Notes: a model not told the origin generated them from the sequence alone. A DNA stretch of 35,800 nucleotides from a virus (IMGVR_UViG_3300037484_000176:1-35800), one strand, 5' to 3'. Positions 1-8,158 are shown, numbered from the stretch's first letter. Numbers and translations: made by a program.

Positions 1-421
1 GCCCTATTTCGCAACGGTTTATTGTCACAATCCGAAGCGCTCCATCCATGCTTGTCCATGCCAGTTCGCCGTCCGACTGGTTAATCTTTTGCCCCTTGTC
101 CCACACAAGCCATTTCCCCGTCTGCGGCAAAATGTCCGAAAAATAGTTTCCACCCCAAATAATTTGGTCACGTGAAACCCGTCTTATTTCATCGAAAACA
201 TCAACCCCTGGCCTGCTGGCATCCCACCCAAGGTCTTCGTGATGGCTGCGCGTATTCACGCGCCCGTTCTTTGTGGACACCATGCCTGCTTGTCCAGACC
301 TACCAATCCCATACGGCGGGTCGGTCAAAATCAGGTCGCATTCCGGCAGCAGCGGCAGCACTTCCCGGCAATCGCCGTGCCACAGTTCAGCGTTTCCAAT
401 CACTACTTTTTCAGCCATCAT
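1..421 (-). CDS. DNA amino-methyltransferase (N6A/N4C, beta class), 3' end outside window
   Basis: Manual translation MMAEKVVIGNAELWHGDCREVLPLLPECDLILTDPPYGIG...IIWGGNYF...WLVWDK; DPPY catalytic motif; GAGG SD; start 421 or 418; open to the window edge (absent from the ORF track). Confidence 0.92.
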   Translation of the reverse strand, partial: MMAEKVVIGNAELWHGDCREVLPLLPECDLILTDPPYGIGRSGQAGMVSTKNGRVNTRSHHEDLGWDASRPGVDVFDEIRRVSRDQIIWGGNYFSDILPQTGKWLVWDKGQKINQSDGELAWTSMDGALRIVTINRCEIG

Positions 422-437
422 GCTTCCTCAAAAAGAC

Positions 438-502
438 CGCTAACACGTCATTCCAGCGGGACCGGGCGAAAAGCCGCCCGCCCCTGAATTCAGCCGTTGG
501 GC
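438..502 (+). other. Integron attC-like recombination site (65 bp)
   Basis: CGCTAAC-ACGTC-ATTCCAGC-GGGAC-CGGGCGAAAAGCCGCCCG-CCCCTGAAT-TCAGCC-GTTGGGC. This reads as R'' (..TAAC), 5-nt spacer, L'' with an extra C, central hairpin, L', 6-nt spacer and R' GTTRRRY. Confidence 0.85.
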
Positions 503-783
503 ACCAAAGCGCGCGCAGCCTGCCAGGCCAGCGGTTTCCGGCGCTCGTAATCCGCCTTCATTTCGGGGATTCTGCGGGCCTCGTGAAAAGGCAGGGTGTG
601 GTGGTTCTCGATCCTGGCCTTCATATCCTTCAGTTCCACAAGCTCTGTCAGCGCCTCGCGCAGCCGCTCAATCTCGTCTGCCGCTTCAGCCATCACCCCC
701 TCGGCAGCCTCGGCGTCTTTTTCTCCAAGAGTTCCCGCCTTAAACGGACACCCAAACCGCAGCCGCTCAATAATGTTTTCCAT
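490..783 (-). CDS. Hypothetical phage protein (cassette-like; stop codon inside the attC-like site)
   Basis: SD GGAGAGG 7 nt before ATG 783; AADEIERLREAL coiled-coil motif; ends ...ALVPNG* within the attC R' arm. Confidence 0.8.
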   Translation of the reverse strand: MENIIERLRFGCPFKAGTLGEKDAEAAEGVMAEAADEIERLREALTELVELKDMKARIENHHTLPFHEARRIPEMKADYERRKPLAWQAARALVPNG

Positions 784-803
784 CGTCATTCCTCTCCGGG
801 CCA

Positions 804-812
804 GTGCCCAAC
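804..812 (+). repeat. GTGCCCAAC, exact reverse complement of GTTGGGCAC at 496-504 (core/inverse-core pair)
   Basis: 9-bp inverted repeat containing RYYYAAC, lying between the upstream gene's stop (815-817) and the SD of the 490-783 gene. Confidence 0.75.
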
Positions 813-814
813 AC

Positions 815-952
815 CTACGCAGCCTTAGCCTTCTCGCCCTTCGGCACAATCTTCAACTCAGGCTTACGCTCGACCGCGGCCAGCAGCAGGCGCGCAAAGG
901 CTGCAGCGCTTGCCGGTGGCGGGGTTCCGGATGACTTAGAGGTGATTTTCAC
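815..952 (-). CDS. Small hypothetical protein (45 aa)
   Basis: GTG start overlapping the stop of 949-1338 (GTGA); MKITSKSSGTPPPASAAAFARLLLAAVERKPELKIVPKGEKAKAA. Confidence 0.6.
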   Translation of the reverse strand: MKITSKSSGTPPPASAAAFARLLLAAVERKPELKIVPKGEKAKAA

Positions 953-1338
953 GACTGTGCTCCGGTCGGCACATACAGGCCGCCGAATAACCGAATGACG
1001 GGATTGCGCGCGGCAGGCCGCACGTATGCCTTGTGCCCATTTCCATTGACGTTTTCCGCAAGGCGCGCGCCTATTTCTCGGGATGAAACGGTAAGGGGCA
1101 CCAGTGCGCGATAGACGTAGCAAGGCTTGCCGTCTGGGCGCTTGCCATTGCGGGCGCGCTTGATTTCCCGAGCGTTCGTCATGCGCAGAAGGTACTGCGC
1201 CAGGCGTCGATTGGTAATCTCGGCATCCGTTATCAGATCAACAACCATCGTGCGCAGTTCAACCATCGTGCGCGGCCCATCAATAAGCGCGTCGAGGATG
1301 CGCTGTCGCTGGCGTTCTGCTTGTGCCAATCGGGTCAT
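949..1338 (-). CDS. Putative winged-helix DNA-binding protein
   Basis: RILDALIDGPRTMVEL...LAQYLLRM...KPCYVY pattern; coupled to both neighbours by 4-nt overlaps. Confidence 0.7.
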   Translation of the reverse strand: MTRLAQAERQRQRILDALIDGPRTMVELRTMVVDLITDAEITNRRLAQYLLRMTNAREIKRARNGKRPDGKPCYVYRALVPLTVSSREIGARLAENVNGNGHKAYVRPAARNPVIRLFGGLYVPTGAQS

Positions 1339-1784
1339 TGGCCGTCCTTTGGCGCCGGCAACATCTTCGCTGCCTGCGCATGTTCTAAAAAAGTCTTGCC
1401 GCTCGGCAGCAGTAGCTGGCCAAGGAACGCGCCTTCAAAAGTCAAAATCCCCGTCTCGATGGCCGTAACCTGCCCTTTTATCCAGTCACGCAATATCGAG
1501 TAGACCGCCGTGCTGGCAATCTCCAGCGCCTTGCGCTCGTGGTCGGCCCTCGTTGCCCGGGTCCGGTTGGTGTACGGGTGCTCCTTCATCCACGCCGCCG
1601 CATAGCCGCGGATCGAAGCCCGCACGCTCACCGGCTGACCGCGAAACTCGAACTGGACCATGATTTCCTGCGCGTCGTCGTCGACCATGCTGCCGAACTT
1701 GGAGCAACCGAAGCCGCGCAGTATCTTCTGGATTTCACCCAGGGCGCGCTCGCCGCTGGTGCTGTTTTCATAGGGGAGCGGCAT
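1335..1784 (-). CDS. Conserved phage hypothetical protein
   Basis: MPLPYENSTSGERALGEIQKIL...ILRDWIKGQVTAIETGIL; TAATG coupling with the upstream gene. Confidence 0.85.
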   Translation of the reverse strand: MPLPYENSTSGERALGEIQKILRGFGCSKFGSMVDDDAQEIMVQFEFRGQPVSVRASIRGYAAAWMKEHPYTNRTRATRADHERKALEIASTAVYSILRDWIKGQVTAIETGILTFEGAFLGQLLLPSGKTFLEHAQAAKMLPAPKDGQ

Positions 1785-1987
1785 TAAGCGTCCCTCCATT
1801 GTTTGTCTGTGAGATCAGGCCTGGTGTCGGTATAGCCATCAACCCTGCATCGTTGCTGCGGCAGAAGAATTGACGGCTGTGCCTTCGGCCTGACGACTGC
1901 GCATTGTGGGCACGGCACGCCGAATTTCTCGCGTAGGCGCTTCTTGTGATCCTTGATGTCGCGGAACACTTCGACTTCTTCACTCAT
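1784..1987 (-). CDS. Small hypothetical protein, possible Zn-binding
   Basis: 67 aa with CPQC...C; operon-coupled. Confidence 0.75.
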   Translation of the reverse strand: MSEEVEVFRDIKDHKKRLREKFGVPCPQCAVVRPKAQPSILLPQQRCRVDGYTDTRPDLTDKQWRDA

Positions 1988-2159
1988 CGTTGCCTTCCCC
2001 GAATACCTTGGCCTCGATCTGCGCCAGCGCCTTTTCCTGCTTCTCGCTCAAGGTCGTGCGCTGGCGGACGCTTGGCATGAACTCGAACCGCTCCCACGAT
2101 GAAAGGTCGGAGCCGACCGCTTCGGCCAGGATGCGGTCTACGCGCTGGGCGGGGGTCAT
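1980..2159 (-). CDS. Hypothetical protein (59 aa)
   Basis: Manual translation MTPAQRVDRILAEAVGSDLSSWERFEFMPSVRQRTTLSEKQEKALAQIEAKVFGEGNDE; ATGA overlap with the upstream stop. Confidence 0.75.
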   Translation of the reverse strand: MTPAQRVDRILAEAVGSDLSSWERFEFMPSVRQRTTLSEKQEKALAQIEAKVFGEGNDE

Positions 2160-3234
2160 GCTTCACCGCCATTCGGATACCCGTCATGCTGCGCACCATA
2201 GAGCAGGCGGCCGGCGAGCTTCTTGCCGATACGGAATATGTGTTCGGCCTTGTCGTGTCGCGGCTCTGCATCCTCCCCGAGCTCATAGGTGCCGTTGGGG
2301 TTCACCCACCCGCCTATCCGGCTGTTGTCATAGCAAAAATTTGTATCTCCGGTCGCATGATCCTCGGAGACAAACTCCCCCCACTGCTTGAACAGGAACG
2401 GCACGCCAGCGTCTGCGCACTGTTCGCGCAGGCTGCGTACCCAATCCGGGTGCATGGGGCGGGCGTTGGGGCCGGACTCGCCGCCAACGATGACCCAATC
2501 CAGCAGGCGCACGCTGCCGTGACGCAGTGCCAGCGCACACTTCTGAGGGTCTCCATCTGGTCCCATGTGCCAGCGCAGTGCGCGGCCTCGGCAATGTCGC
2601 ACGCCGATTCGATGTCAACCGCCCCCAGCAGCGGCTCCATGCTCAGGAAACGCACCGCGGCCGGAACTGCCAGCAGCTTCGGAATATCGCGGTCGGCCTC
2701 TTCCTGGTTACAGATCGTGGCGCCGAGCCAGACGTTCGGAGGCAGGCCGTTCAGGCGCAGGATCTGGCGCAGCATGTTCTGCACGTTGCCAATCCGCTTC
2801 GTCAGCAGCATCCAGTCCAGGTTCGGCGTGCTTTCAATCAGCGCGAACAGGTCATCGCGCCACGCCGGGTCAACCTCGTTGTCGAACACGTCGGCCAGGC
2901 TCGCGCAGAAGACGCGGCGGCGGGCCGGCTTGAATAGGCGCGGCAAGTGGTTGCAGCTCGGGCAACATCCGTTGCGCACATCGGCCTCGCGCCACTCGCC
3001 GCGCCATTGGCACTCCGGGCATTCGACAAAGGCCTGAGTGTTCCACTGCAGCGGCTTCTTCCAGTTCCCAGCGCTGGTGCGCACGCGCGGCTTGCCTTGA
3101 CCCCATTCGACGCGCCCAAAGCGCTTGGTGTCGCGCTCGGCGTAGCAGTGATCGCAGGCCGGGCTGACCTTGGTGCAGCCCATCCACGGGTTGAAGGTTG
3201 AGTCGGCCCACTCAATTCCGGTCTGATCGCTCAT
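2156..3234 (-). pseudogene. Phage Gp37/Gp68 (DUF5131) family gene, frameshifted near 2540
   Basis: N-terminal part IEWADSTFNPWMGCTKVSPACDHCYA...FLSMEPLLG is in one frame; C-terminal part LDWVIVGGESGPNARPMHPDWVRSLREQC...FLFKQWG is in the -1 frame. Confidence 0.85.
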
Positions 3235-3467
3235 TCCGCTTCGATCCGCGTGAACTTGTGCTTGCCTTTGATGTGCGCATGCAGGTGCTTGCCGACCGAC
3301 TCGCACTTGCACAGGTCGGCGTACTGCTCGGCGCTGACGCCTTCATAGTGGTAGCGGCCGCCGCTGGCGTACTCGACGCACAGCGTATTGGTGGCTCCGC
3401 AATGGCCGTGTGCCTTGACCTGGCTTGACTTGCAGGACTGCATGGTGGGGTTGGGTTTGGTGGTCAT
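3231..3467 (-). CDS. KTSC domain protein
   Basis: SSQVKAHGH...TLCVEYASGGRYHYEGVS...SVGKHLHAHIKG fits the KTSC pattern; AAGGAG SD. Confidence 0.85.
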   Translation of the reverse strand: MTTKPNPTMQSCKSSQVKAHGHCGATNTLCVEYASGGRYHYEGVSAEQYADLCKCESVGKHLHAHIKGKHKFTRIEAE

Positions 3468-3519
3468 GTTCTTCTCCTTGATTCGGGCCGGCCGACACTC
3501 AGGCCGGCCGGTTCATTGC

Positions 3520-3777
3520 TTAGAAGCGATCCTTGGCATCCGGGCGGCCGAACAGGACCGTGAAACCGGCGGCTTCCTTGATCTTGTCGATCTCGGTTGC
3601 AACGGCGGTCTTGAACACGCGATCCGGACGGACAAGCTCGTACCAGAAGCTCAAGGCGCTGCCAGCCTTGCCAGTGGCGTCGACCGCCTTGACCACTTCG
3701 GCCAGGGCGTCGGATGCGTCGTCGAGGAAAACGCCGCCATTCAGGTGGCGCAGGGTGTCTACGATGGAACGGGACAT
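3520..3777 (-). CDS. Probable deletion-fusion of a YfdP-like N-terminus and a YfdQ/DUF2303 C-terminus
   Basis: MSRSIVDTLRHLNGGVFLDDASDALAEVVKAVDATGKAG joined to LSFWYELVRPDRVFKTAVATEIDKIKEAAGFTVLFGRP; AAGGAG SD. Confidence 0.65.
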   Translation of the reverse strand: MSRSIVDTLRHLNGGVFLDDASDALAEVVKAVDATGKAGSALSFWYELVRPDRVFKTAVATEIDKIKEAAGFTVLFGRPDAKDRF

Positions 3778-3781
3778 GCGG

Positions 3782-4060
3782 TTACTCCTTGTGGTTGGAA
3801 AGGGTGAGGCTGGCATTTGCACCAGGCGGGTCATACGGCAGATCAATCCCGGTGGCCGCGCCCAGCGCCGTGAGTGCTTCCTTGACGCGGAACAGTTCGG
3901 GGCCGACCAGCCCGGCCTGGCGGGCGAACGGAACGCCGCTCATTTGCACGGCCTCCTGTTGGTGCAGGCGCTCGTAGGCAAGCCGCAATATCTCGCGCAT
4001 GGTTTCGATGTCGCCGTCGAAAAGCTCGATGAACACTCGGGCGGATTTGTCGATTCTCAT
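3782..4060 (-). CDS. Hypothetical protein
   Basis: 92-aa ORF, ATGA-coupled to the YqaJ gene. Confidence 0.75.
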   Translation of the reverse strand: MRIDKSARVFIELFDGDIETMREILRLAYERLHQQEAVQMSGVPFARQAGLVGPELFRVKEALTALGAATGIDLPYDPPGANASLTLSNHKE

Positions 4061-5736
4061 GCTGCCACCCTGAGCGCGCGCGCGGCCTTGAATTGCTCGT
4101 ATGCCATCAGGAAGGCGCGCATCCGGCCGCGTTCCTTGTCGGGCACGCTCTGCTCGTTGAGGAAGTCGCGCACGTCGTCACCGGCATCGACCAGAACTGC
4201 GCGCTTTTCATCCGATGTTGGTGGGGTACTCGCTGAAGCTGTCTCATACAAAGCCTCGGCTTGCGGGCTCGCTGGCCTCGCCTCATCAGCTTTCCCCCGT
4301 TGATCTGCTGCTGCAACGTCGGCAACCCGCTTGGCCTCGGCTTGGCGCTCCGCTTCGACCGCTGCCGCGGCGCGCGCTTCGCCAGCCTTGCGCTCGGCCT
4401 CGACGGCTGCAGCAATGCGGGCTTCCTCGGCTTTGCGTGCGTCTTCCTTGCGTACCGCTTCCTGCTGGATCCGCATGGCGTGCAGCGCGGCGAAGTCCTC
4501 GCGCGCCTTGGCGCAGACCTGGGCGAAGTCCGGGAACAGGTGGCTGGTGTCGTTCTCGGTGCCGATCAGCAGGCTCTTGCGGTTGGCCTCGATGGTGTCG
4601 GCAATCTCGTTCGCCTCGATCTTGGCATTCGCCAGCGCGCCGGCAACCTTGTCGCGCATGGAGTCGAGCGACTTCAGGCCCTTTATGGCGTCGGCAAATA
4701 CGCCGGGGTTCAGCGGCGGCAACCAGTTTCCACCGATGCGCTGCACCAGCGCGGCGCGGTGCTGCATGAGCGCCTGCTGCGCCTCGGACACGATTTCGCC
4801 ACGGCGATTCTCTTTTTCGGCCTTCACCAGCTTGTCCAGCGCCAGCCGCTTCGAGCGCATCTGTTCGCTGATCGCGTCCACGGCGCGGAACAGTTCGTCG
4901 ATGCTGGCCGTCTGCGACAGTGCCTGCGATTTCGCCAGCGCCAGCCGTTCCTCTCCGTCCTTGAGGAACTTCACCATCTTGTCGGCGTCGGCGAAGTCCT
5001 GATCGTTGACCAGTTCAGTCTTGATGCCGTCGATAAACTTCTGTGCCGACAGCTTGAAGGCGTCGAGGTTGGTCGCCAGCACCTTGCCCTCGACCTGAAC
5101 GAACAGGGCCGGCAGGGCTTCGATGGTGGCGGCTACCGGGGCGGCGACGGTTTCGACGTGGACATACTCGGCCAGATCCTTGGCAAACTGCTTCCAGCCT
5201 GAAATCAGCGCGGCGCGGCGCGACGGCATCGACGTGTACCACATGCCAACCGTGTTTTCCGGCGTGCCGTCGCTGGTGGTGAAATAGACCCTCTCGGCGC
5301 CCGATACCAGAAGCTGCTGCTCAAGCTGCCAGTAGTAATGCGGCTCAAGCTGGCCGGCACGGATGGCATCGGCCAGGGTGGCATTCCACAACTTGTTTTC
5401 CCAGCACAGGTCTTCAAGCATGGTCAGGCCGTCGAACGAGGCCAGCAGCGGCAGGCCGTCGACCTCAAGCGATCCGGTGGCCGGGTACAGTTCAACCTGC
5501 ATAAGTCCCTCGGCGATTGGCCGCGCGGCGGCTTCGGCGGCATGGCCGCGGTCAAACAGGCGCTGCGTGCCGGCATCCACGTCCTCGGCCAGTCCGGTCG
5601 CCTTCTGCTTCAGCAGGGCGGTGCGGGTCTGGTACTTGCTGGCGCCCATCATGGCCGGCGCTTCGCTGGCGGTGAAGTGCTTGGCGCGGATGTCCAGCCA
5701 TTCCTGGCTGCCCTGTGCTGCGTCGATGACGTTCAT
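4057..5736 (-). CDS. YqaJ-like (lambda-exo type) recombination exonuclease with long coiled-coil tail
   Basis: QGSQEWLDIR..FTASEA...GHAAE...ASFDGL...WENK...YYWQLEQQL nuclease motifs. Confidence 0.92.
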   Translation of the reverse strand: MNVIDAAQGSQEWLDIRAKHFTASEAPAMMGASKYQTRTALLKQKATGLAEDVDAGTQRLFDRGHAAEAAARPIAEGLMQVELYPATGSLEVDGLPLLASFDGLTMLEDLCWENKLWNATLADAIRAGQLEPHYYWQLEQQLLVSGAERVYFTTSDGTPENTVGMWYTSMPSRRAALISGWKQFAKDLAEYVHVETVAAPVAATIEALPALFVQVEGKVLATNLDAFKLSAQKFIDGIKTELVNDQDFADADKMVKFLKDGEERLALAKSQALSQTASIDELFRAVDAISEQMRSKRLALDKLVKAEKENRRGEIVSEAQQALMQHRAALVQRIGGNWLPPLNPGVFADAIKGLKSLDSMRDKVAGALANAKIEANEIADTIEANRKSLLIGTENDTSHLFPDFAQVCAKAREDFAALHAMRIQQEAVRKEDARKAEEARIAAAVEAERKAGEARAAAAVEAERQAEAKRVADVAAADQRGKADEARPASPQAEALYETASASTPPTSDEKRAVLVDAGDDVRDFLNEQSVPDKERGRMRAFLMAYEQFKAARALRVAA

Positions 5737-6734
5737 TATTCGGCTCCTTCGGTGTTGGTTGCGGTCTTTCCGGGCAGCGCACGGACCATCTCGATTTGCT
5801 TGTCGGTTAGCGTGTTGCGCGTCTTCAGCATGGCAATCAGGCTGTCGTGAGTCTTCTTGCCGCTGGCAAGCAATTTCTCCCAGCCCGGCATATCGGCATC
5901 GAACTTGTCATCCGGATAGGGTGGCAGCGGCTCCTTCTGCTTGTCTTCGCCGGCTGCGGACGGATCGAACCACTCCGCTGCGGTTGACATGCCGTCGCGC
6001 AGGCTGACGTAGATTTTCTTCAGGCTGACCACCTGGGCGGGCTGGATGGCGTCGATACGGCGCTGAATGCGCGTTTCGATCTGCTCCTTCGTGACGCCGA
6101 ATGCGGCAAACGCCTCGATCATGTTGGCCATGGCTTCCGCGCTGCAGTCTGCCGTCGTCTTGAGGGTGACGTCGGCCTGTTTCATCGCGGCCTCGGTGAC
6201 GTCGCCCGGTATGATCGACAGCAGGCAGGCACGGACGCGGCGCTGCGCCATGTTAGCGACGAGCTCGTAAATCTCGCGTTCTTCCTTGATCGGATAGCCG
6301 CCGTTGCGGGTATCGCGCCAGTGCGGCACGATGAACTGCAGCGGCTTGCGGGTCATGGTTTCCATGTCCCAGGCGTAGGCCTCGACCTCGGAATAGGCTT
6401 TGCCGTCTGCGCCGATGCCGCGAGACAGTTCACGGAAACCGAAATCAATGTTCCCCCACTGCTGGGCAATCGCTTCGGCCGCGCGGATCGACGGGCCGGA
6501 GACATCGGAGCCGCCCTTGGCGTACTGGTATTGCGATACCGCCGCAAGGGTGGGGCGCGCAAAGGCGTTCATGATCTTGTCCATGGCGACAACCGGATCG
6601 CGCGGAAAGCGCTTGGCCATCATTACGGCTGCTTGAACTTCGGCAATCGCGCGCTGCTCATTGCCGCGCGCCATTGCGCCGCCGGCTGCCTGCGATGCCG
6701 GGGCTGGGAATGGGTTTGTAACTGGTGCGTTCAT
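5736..6734 (-). CDS. Probable ssDNA-annealing protein (recombinase partner of YqaJ)
   Basis: AKRFPRD...GPSIRAAEAIAQQWGN...RRVRACLL motifs; coupled to the exonuclease gene. Function inferred from position. Confidence 0.7.
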   Translation of the reverse strand: MNAPVTNPFPAPASQAAGGAMARGNEQRAIAEVQAAVMMAKRFPRDPVVAMDKIMNAFARPTLAAVSQYQYAKGGSDVSGPSIRAAEAIAQQWGNIDFGFRELSRGIGADGKAYSEVEAYAWDMETMTRKPLQFIVPHWRDTRNGGYPIKEEREIYELVANMAQRRVRACLLSIIPGDVTEAAMKQADVTLKTTADCSAEAMANMIEAFAAFGVTKEQIETRIQRRIDAIQPAQVVSLKKIYVSLRDGMSTAAEWFDPSAAGEDKQKEPLPPYPDDKFDADMPGWEKLLASGKKTHDSLIAMLKTRNTLTDKQIEMVRALPGKTATNTEGAE

Positions 6735-7005
6735 TTAATGCTCCATCCAATAAAGAAAGCCAGCAGCAGCACGACGACGGCAAGGCCGACCCAGCCGCTG
6801 CGGCTGCGTTGAAGAAAGGTAATGCGCCCCGGTGCCGGGTCGCTGTGGCCGAACGCTTCGCGGCACAGCGCGGAAAGCGCGCGGTCAGGTTGTCATCGGT
6901 ACAGGCGGTGCCGTCGACGAGGAAGGACAGCGGGGCCGGGCGGCGCCCGCGCTGTGCCGCGACGAGTAGCGGGCTGCGGAGTTGGGTCTGTTGGCGAATG
7001 GTCAT
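6731..7005 (-). pseudogene. Small membrane protein gene, frameshifted near 6862
   Basis: ...ARFPRCA continues in the -1 frame as EAFGHSDPAPGRITFLQRSRSGWVGLAVVVLLLAFFIGWSIK*, which has a TM helix and an ATGA overlap with the next gene. Confidence 0.65.
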
Positions 7006-7589
7006 GGTTGTTCTCCTTTGGGTGCGGCGGATAGAGCAATGTCGATTGCATCATCAAGGTCATTTGCCCCTTTGCTGTTTGGGATTTCTCTGTCATCCAT
7101 CATGTCCAAAATCAGGCCTGGACGATAATTGCGCAGCCATCTGTATCTGTCGGCATCCTTTTCCACGTCTGTCGGTATGGTTGGGGCGGAGGTGTAGGCG
7201 AGGTCAGCTCGGACGTATGGCACATAGCAGTCCAGCGCAGCGTCTTCGCACCAGTTGATTCCTTCGTGGTCATCCGGGAACGGCTCGTCGTCATGGATGC
7301 TTTCTTCTGAAACCAGCAGGTAGATTTTCTCGGGCGCGGTCAGCCGAACCTCGCGGCCTTCCGGCTCACCCTGCCGCTTGATCGCTTCCCACGCTGCACA
7401 CGAACCGCATTGCTCTTTTGTTTTCGTGCCGCCGTAGCAACAGTGACCGAGTGGAGAGACCTGCTGCTTGATCGCTTCCTTGAGTGCGGCGATGGTTATA
7501 TCGCGCTCATTGATAATGTCCTGACATTCACGAAGCAGTAATACTGCTTCGTCGTGCGTAAGCTGGCCGTCCATTACTTGCTTGCTCAT
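7002..7589 (-). CDS. Ea/Ead-like mosaic early protein
   Basis: KDADRYRWLR and LDDAIDIALSAAPKGE motifs typical of lambdoid early-arm mosaic proteins. Confidence 0.75.
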   Translation of the reverse strand: MSKQVMDGQLTHDEAVLLLRECQDIINERDITIAALKEAIKQQVSPLGHCCYGGTKTKEQCGSCAAWEAIKRQGEPEGREVRLTAPEKIYLLVSEESIHDDEPFPDDHEGINWCEDAALDCYVPYVRADLAYTSAPTIPTDVEKDADRYRWLRNYRPGLILDMMDDREIPNSKGANDLDDAIDIALSAAPKGEQP

Positions 7590-7590
7590 T

Positions 7591-7929
7591 TCAATCCCCC
7601 ACAAAGACCGGCGCGATCGTCCGGCGCCTGCACTCTGCATAGAACTGCCCCAGCGACTCGCCGAACAGGCGCGTCGATTCGGCAACTTTTTCCGGGGTGC
7701 GGGCGTACTCGATCACGGCGTGCGGCTCGTTGCTGACGCCCTGGCGCACGTTGATCGGCGCCCACACGTCGGCCTTGGCCGGGGCCATGCCGCGATCCAC
7801 CAGCCAGCGGCGTTCGTTGGCGATCAGGATTTCGTCGGCGCTCAGCAGCGTTTCGTATGGGGTGGCGTCAAGCCCGAGCGCGCGGCAATAGGCGGCGGTT
7901 GTGCGGTTGAGTTCGTTGAACAGGTACAT
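7591..7929 (-). CDS. Hypothetical protein, first gene after PL
   Basis: 112-aa ORF with AGGAGG SD. Confidence 0.8.
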   Translation of the reverse strand: MYLFNELNRTTAAYCRALGLDATPYETLLSADEILIANERRWLVDRGMAPAKADVWAPINVRQGVSNEPHAVIEYARTPEKVAESTRLFGESLGQFYAECRRRTIAPVFVGD

Positions 7930-7989
7930 CGCGCTTCCTCCTTATTGGTTGTCCACTTACCGGGCCGCGATGTTTTGCGACTTGAAATA

Positions 7990-8019
7990 AGTTTATAGGA
8001 CACTTAACGAAGGTGTCAA
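7990..8019 (-). promoter_or_regulatory. PL promoter with operator
   Basis: Minus strand TTGACA (8019-8014), 18 bp, TAAACT (7995-7990); operator GTTTAT-AGGACA-CTTAAC (7991-8008) resembles the OR palindrome. Confidence 0.8.
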
Positions 8020-8047
8020 GCGTTTACTTTACTTTTTCTTCGGGGCG

Positions 8048-8072
8048 AAAAAAAACCCGCCGAAGCGGGCTT
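8048..8072 (-). terminator. Intrinsic terminator of the immunity operon
   Basis: Minus strand GCCCGC-TTCG-GCGGGT continuing into an 8-T run. Confidence 0.9.
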
Positions 8073-8158
8073 GATGCCTTAGTGTTTTGATGCTCAGTCG
8101 TTAGGTGTGTTGTTGTATGGGCCCAGCGTCTGCGGCTTTAAATTTCTGTTGTTTGAAG

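Noticed and set aside
2500-2620. Programmed ribosomal frameshift in the DUF5131 gene
   Set aside because: No slippery heptamer or evident stimulatory structure; a simple indel explains it.
3486-3509. GGCCGGCC x2 stem-loop upstream of the KTSC gene
   Set aside because: Short GC palindromes without a U tail; no function can be supported.
172-7258. Long + strand ORFs in the left arm (e.g. 172-828, 2099-3037, 4261-5202)
   Set aside because: Antisense shadows of well-supported minus-strand genes in GC-rich DNA, with no recognisable motifs.
8093-8106. CTCAGTC-GTTAGGT resembles the 3' end of the attC-like site (TTCAGCC-GTTGGGC), downstream of the secreted-protein gene
   Set aside because: No L-stem and no matching ACCTAAC on the other side of the gene; it could be a remnant but is too short to distinguish from chance.
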